Positions 59,425 to 64,000 of a stretch of 64,000 nucleotides of DNA are shown here, one piece after another. Each line of letters starts with the position of its first letter. Within the stretch, counting starts at the first letter, position 1. The notes beneath the pieces were generated by a model. It saw nothing but the letters and a program-made list of their open reading frames with translations, had not been told where the DNA came from and ran no database searches. Both the position numbers and the translations under genes were made by a program. Source of the DNA: Lama glama (lineage: Eukaryota); the NCBI GenBank assembly GCA_028534125.1, contig CM052824.1:59830001-59894000 (forward strand). The letters run 5' to 3'.

Positions 59425-61274
59425 GAGACCATTTGGCCCTCGCTGTGGGACAGTTTCTTCCTAAAGGCAGCTCCAACGAGAACAATGATTTCAGCGTGTT
59501 TCTTGCTGCAAAGCCGCCACCACTGGTGTCAGGCCCTCCTCGCTGGGAGTGCTGGCTCTGGGGGTCCTGTGTCCTTTAACCGCAGGACATCTTTATGTTG
59601 GCAGCCCTGCCCTCCGGGTGCCTGGCATCGCGGGGCAGTCCCAGCGCTGGGGGGAAGAGCGCTACCTCGTTTAATCAAACCTGCCCTTCCTTGGGGGCGG
59701 CAGTGCGTCTGCAGGAAGGCCTGCTGGCCCGCCTGCCCTTGGGGAGTGAGGCCACGCCTCAGCTCAGGGCTCCGGGCCAAGCGGGTGACCCCTTCCTGGG
59801 TCGATGGCTGCCAGAGGGGCTCTGGGACAAGCTCCCTGTCCCCCGCTTCGCGCTGTGACCACTGCCATCCGAGCACAGACACCGGCCTTGAGCACGTTCC
59901 CACCCACCCCGGGCAGCTCCCAGGAGGGACCTCGTGGGCCAGGGGCCGTGCAGGGAGCAGGGGGCCTGAGAGCCTTGGTTCCTCCCCCTGCCTCAGCCAC
60001 TCGCACTTAAAGGGATGCTGTGGAAGTACTGGGGCTACAGAGAGGCCTCGGGGGACTGAGGTCCCCAGAGAGGAGGTCCTGGCCCCGGGACGGCCTGCAG
60101 CGCCGCTGAGGGGAGGTGGCTGCCTGCAGGGGCTGGGGAGGGCCTGGGCGTGGGGGCCAGCGGCTGAGGGAGGGTGCCCGGGCCCTGCCGGGGTGCAGAG
60201 AGGCCCTGGCCAGCGCTTGCTCTGGTCAGCAGCTTCTCTCCCTGGTAGGGTGTGGGCACACGCACACATACACACACTCACTCTTGAGAAGGTCCTTTTC
60301 TGAAAAGTGCCCACAGGAGCCGGCCTGCCGGTGCGCCCAGATACCCCCTCCCCCAGCGCTCTCACACCCGAGCTCCCTGGTGCAGGAGTCGCCGGGAGGT
60401 CACACGGCCGTGGGCTGTGCGCTCAGTGAGGCCCGGACCCAGGATCAAGCGTGCGTGCTGTGTGCGCCCCGGGCCGCTCGGCGGGTGGACGGAGTCTGTG
60501 CTCACTAGCGCCGGGCCGCAGGGAGCCGTCTTTTCTCGGCCGTGCCCCACCGCTGGCGCTCTGCTCTCTGGTTCGCAGTTTCCTTTCCAGGCCTGACCTC
60601 CTTGACCGCAGACCCGAGGATGCTCTGCCGCAGTTGGGAGGATGTGTGAGGCCGGCTCTCACGTCTACTCTCATCTGTATCCCACGCTGAACCTCGGCCA
60701 AGTTTGGCGTTTTCCCTTTAGCTTTACCGCTCGGCCAACAGCCAGGGCACAAGGTGAGCACGGGGCGCAGACAGGGGTGGAGAGCGGCTGAGAGCCGGCA
60801 GGGCCGGCCGGCTGCCTGTGAGGGCCGTGGAGACAGTGGACTCGGACGCTTCCCCTGTGCCGAGGGTCCCAGAACATGCATCCTTAATGCAATCCAACAA
60901 GACTCCACCAAGCCGGTTTGTGAGCTCAGAAACGTGACGACTCTGAAGCCTTCCTAAGCTGGGAAGCTCCCACCTACGACATGTGCGCCCCTCGTGGTGG
61001 GACTCGGGGGATGCTCATTCTGGAAGTGGGACGTGCCACCCCCCTCGCTAAGTCCTGGCCCCCTCCTCCCACCCAGCTGGCCCCTTCCCAGCCCCTCCCA
61101 GAGGGGACGGGCCCTGCCCCGCGCAGGGCGGTGGGGCTGCTGCTGGGGTGCTCTTTGCAGGGCCTGCGGGCGAAGGAGGTGGCGGGTAGGAGGCAGATGG
61201 CACCAGCGAGGGGGCCACCCAGCGGAGCGCTGGCTCCCTTTGCTGCCGTGGCTGAGGGAGCAGGTGACCCCGAC

Positions 61275-61334
61275 AGGCTGAGGTCTGCGTCATCTCTGAT
61301 AGGAAGGCTGAGGTCTGCGTCATCTCTGACAGGA
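61275..61334. repeat. 30-bp tandem duplication
   Basis: aggctgaggtctgcgtcatctctga(t/c)agga x2. Confidence 0.9.
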
Positions 61335-61689
61335 CAGCTGGAAGCCTGGACTGGGGGCTGCGGACAGGAGAGGGCACAGCCCTAGCTCCTCGGCATGGCT
61401 CTCTGGGGCAGGAGCCCAGCCACCTTGACACTGGTGAAAACACCCAGACCCGAGTCTGCAGGCTCTCAGAGTTTCTCCCTTGGTGGAGCCCAAGAGGTCC
61501 CAGGCCACCCAGCCTGGGGTCAGGAGCCAGGCCCCCTGAGCGGGAGTCTGGGCTCTGCAGCCCGGCCTCGAGGGCCTGCTCCCTGGGCGTGGCCAGGCCC
61601 GTTTCCTTCTCTGTCAGTTTCCTTCACTTGAAGATTGTGTGGTCCCCGTGCTGTGAGATTTTGTAAGGATGCTGCGAGATTCTGTGTAG

Positions 61690-61820
61690 GAAATGATGGC
61701 TGCCTCGGCACAATGCTGGTGTGAATGATGACTCAGCACCGTCTCATGTGAACAATAACTCAGCTTAATTGGTGTGAACGGTGACTCAGCACAATCTCGT
61801 GTGCGTGAGACTTAGTGCCC
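61690..61820 (+). repeat. Decayed ~27-bp tandem array carrying ARE/MARE motifs
   Basis: TGACTCAGCA-like cores start at 61701, 61729, 61756, 61782 and 61808. Confidence 0.75.
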
Positions 61821-62489
61821 TGCTAGGCAGAGAGAAACCTTCAGTATCTTCCAAACTCTGAGAACCAGGGTCATGCCCCCACGTCGGCCCACGAGGCCTC
61901 CAGAACCTAACCCTTGTGACCTCTGACCCCTCTCTGATTACTGTGCTCCTCAGACACACACCCTCTGTGCCCACAACCCCCTCTGGAGCCTCCCCAGCAG
62001 GCCCCCGGGCTCACTCCCACGCTTTGCCAGCTCTCTGCTAGAACACCTCTCATCGGACCTCCCACCACCTGGGCACTGGGCGGGCCTCCTGCCCTGCCCC
62101 CGCCCCCCAGGCCGATGCGCCCAGGGCGTGTGCAGTTGTCACCTGCATGGCTCAGCTCTGTCTCCTCTACTGGCAGGTAATCTCCCTGAGGACAGGGGTC
62201 CAGTTATTTATCGTTGGCCCCTGCGGCCTGGGCCAGTGCCCGTGCCCAGCCCAGGCTCCCCAAAGGCTGCTGGGGGGTGCACAGCACAATGCAGCGGGCA
62301 TCACTGGGCTACCAGTACCTGCTGGAGCCCAGGCCGGAGCCCGCACGCAGGGCAGAGGTGGGGACATGGAGGGTGGGCTGCTGGCTCCTTCTGCAGGACC
62401 CAGGAAGTCCTCACCACTCACTGTAAGTGAGGGGGAACCAAGGAGGGCAGGAGGGGAAAGCGGGACCAGAGCAAGGCAAGGATGCGTCA

Positions 62490-62942
<453 letters not shown>

Positions 62943-63419
62943 TCACACCCCGTCTGCCTGCTCCCCGGCGGGCCCGGCTCTGGCCCCTGGAAGGGGTCTC
63001 ACTTGCCGCTCCGCCCCCTGCACCGAGCCTGGCCGGCAGGTCTCTGCTGTCGTGGGGACCCCTCCCCAGCTCCCCCTATGGCCTCAGGTGACCTGTCAGG
63101 CCTCCCTTGACCCTGTTTCTTCTCAGTATTTCGTGGGAGAACTGTGGCCCCAAGGATGCTCTAGGCAGGAACTCAGAAAGCGTTTTTAAGCTCAAGTACT
63201 TTAACTTGTGACCGCCTGGGGCCGAGGAGGCTTGCCCCCACCAGCCTGTCCTTCCAGGGTGACAGCAGCCCCGAGAGGACCCGGGCTGGCCCCTCCCGGC
63301 CCCCCTTCCCCCGCACGCTCTTTGTCCTCCCTGAAGACTGAAGGTCACGGGTGGCTCGGGGCTTTGCCACAGGAGCAGGCCGGCAGGTGAGCACAGGGCG
63401 CAGGTGCGCACCACGCTAC

Positions 63420-63567
63420 CTTCACACAGTTTTCACATTCGAAGCGTTTGCCGCTGTCGTGGGACATCTGGTGGCGGATGAGGTTGGACTTCCAGTTGAA
63501 GGCCTTGGGGCACTGGTCACACTTGTACTCTCGCTCCTCTGTGTGGACGACCATGTGCTGCTCCAGG
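63420..63567 (-). CDS. PRDM16: PRDM16 exon 7 (end of ZF2, ZF3, start of ZF4)
   Basis: [49 protein letters not shown]; donor AAG|gtagcg; 148 nt. Confidence 0.97.
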
Positions 63568-64000
63568 CTGCGCACAGTGGACGGGGGTCACTGTGGGGCC
63601 CGCTCCCCGCCCGCGGCCCGGGAGGGAAGCTCTCAACTCACATGGCCTATTCCCCTCGGGGCCCCCGCCGCTCCCCACTCAGAGAGCAGGGCGAGTCTGG
63701 CCAGCCCATCTGTCCACTGCCTCCCCGGACAGGTCAGAGGGAGGGATGGGCAGAGACGGCCTCCCTACACCTGATGGGGAAGAAGCCAGTGCTTGGACCC
63801 AGCTCAGGCCCTTATCCAAGACCACCCCAGGGCACCCACAGGCAGCGAGACCCTGCTCACACTTCCTGGCTGCTCTTTAAGTTAAGTTTAACCTTGATAC
63901 CAACCTTGGGTCTAAGAAAAAAGGGGTTCAGAGACTTTCAGCATTGCCATGAGCCCCAGAGTGGGGGCGAGGCCCAGAAAACCCCTCTCAGTGGCCTGAG

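Noticed and set aside
61690-61820. CRISPR-like reading of the regularly spaced motifs here and at 35903-36093
   Set aside because: Mammalian DNA, no cas genes, and the spacers are related to each other, so these are tandem repeats

Overview
GC-rich mammalian genomic DNA with no prokaryotic features. It carries two known spliced genes in tandem on the minus strand, in the same order as human 1p36.32. (1) The 3' part of PRDM16: 11 coding exons equivalent to human exons 7-17 (63567 to 38972), then a ~4.7 kb 3'UTR ending just after an AATAAA at 34326-34321. (2) Most of ARHGEF16/Ephexin-4: CpG-island promoter and probable non-coding exon 1 near 22.4-22.6 kb, ATG at 14146, and coding exons 2-14 down to 120; the last exon lies off the left edge. 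All coding exons were placed by GT-AG boundaries and join in frame. Almost all other ORFs in the track are GC-rich shadow ORFs. Repeats include MIR, L2, old L1/HAL1, MaLR/ERV LTRs, and a younger L1 3' end that resembles camelid L1s; no Alu, Bov-tA, PRE1 or CAN SINEs were seen. There are two N gaps, and one hides PRDM16 zinc fingers 6-7. I found no convincing new protein-coding gene or undescribed system. The best leads are non-coding: a decayed ~27-bp tandem array of ARE/MARE motifs in PRDM16 intron 8, a three-level nested transposon with intact target-site duplications upstream of ARHGEF16, four clustered 5' splice sites after ARHGEF16 exon 1, and a 44/45-bp minisatellite in the PRDM16 3'UTR. 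Comparisons with human proteins and repeat consensuses are from memory, not from searches.
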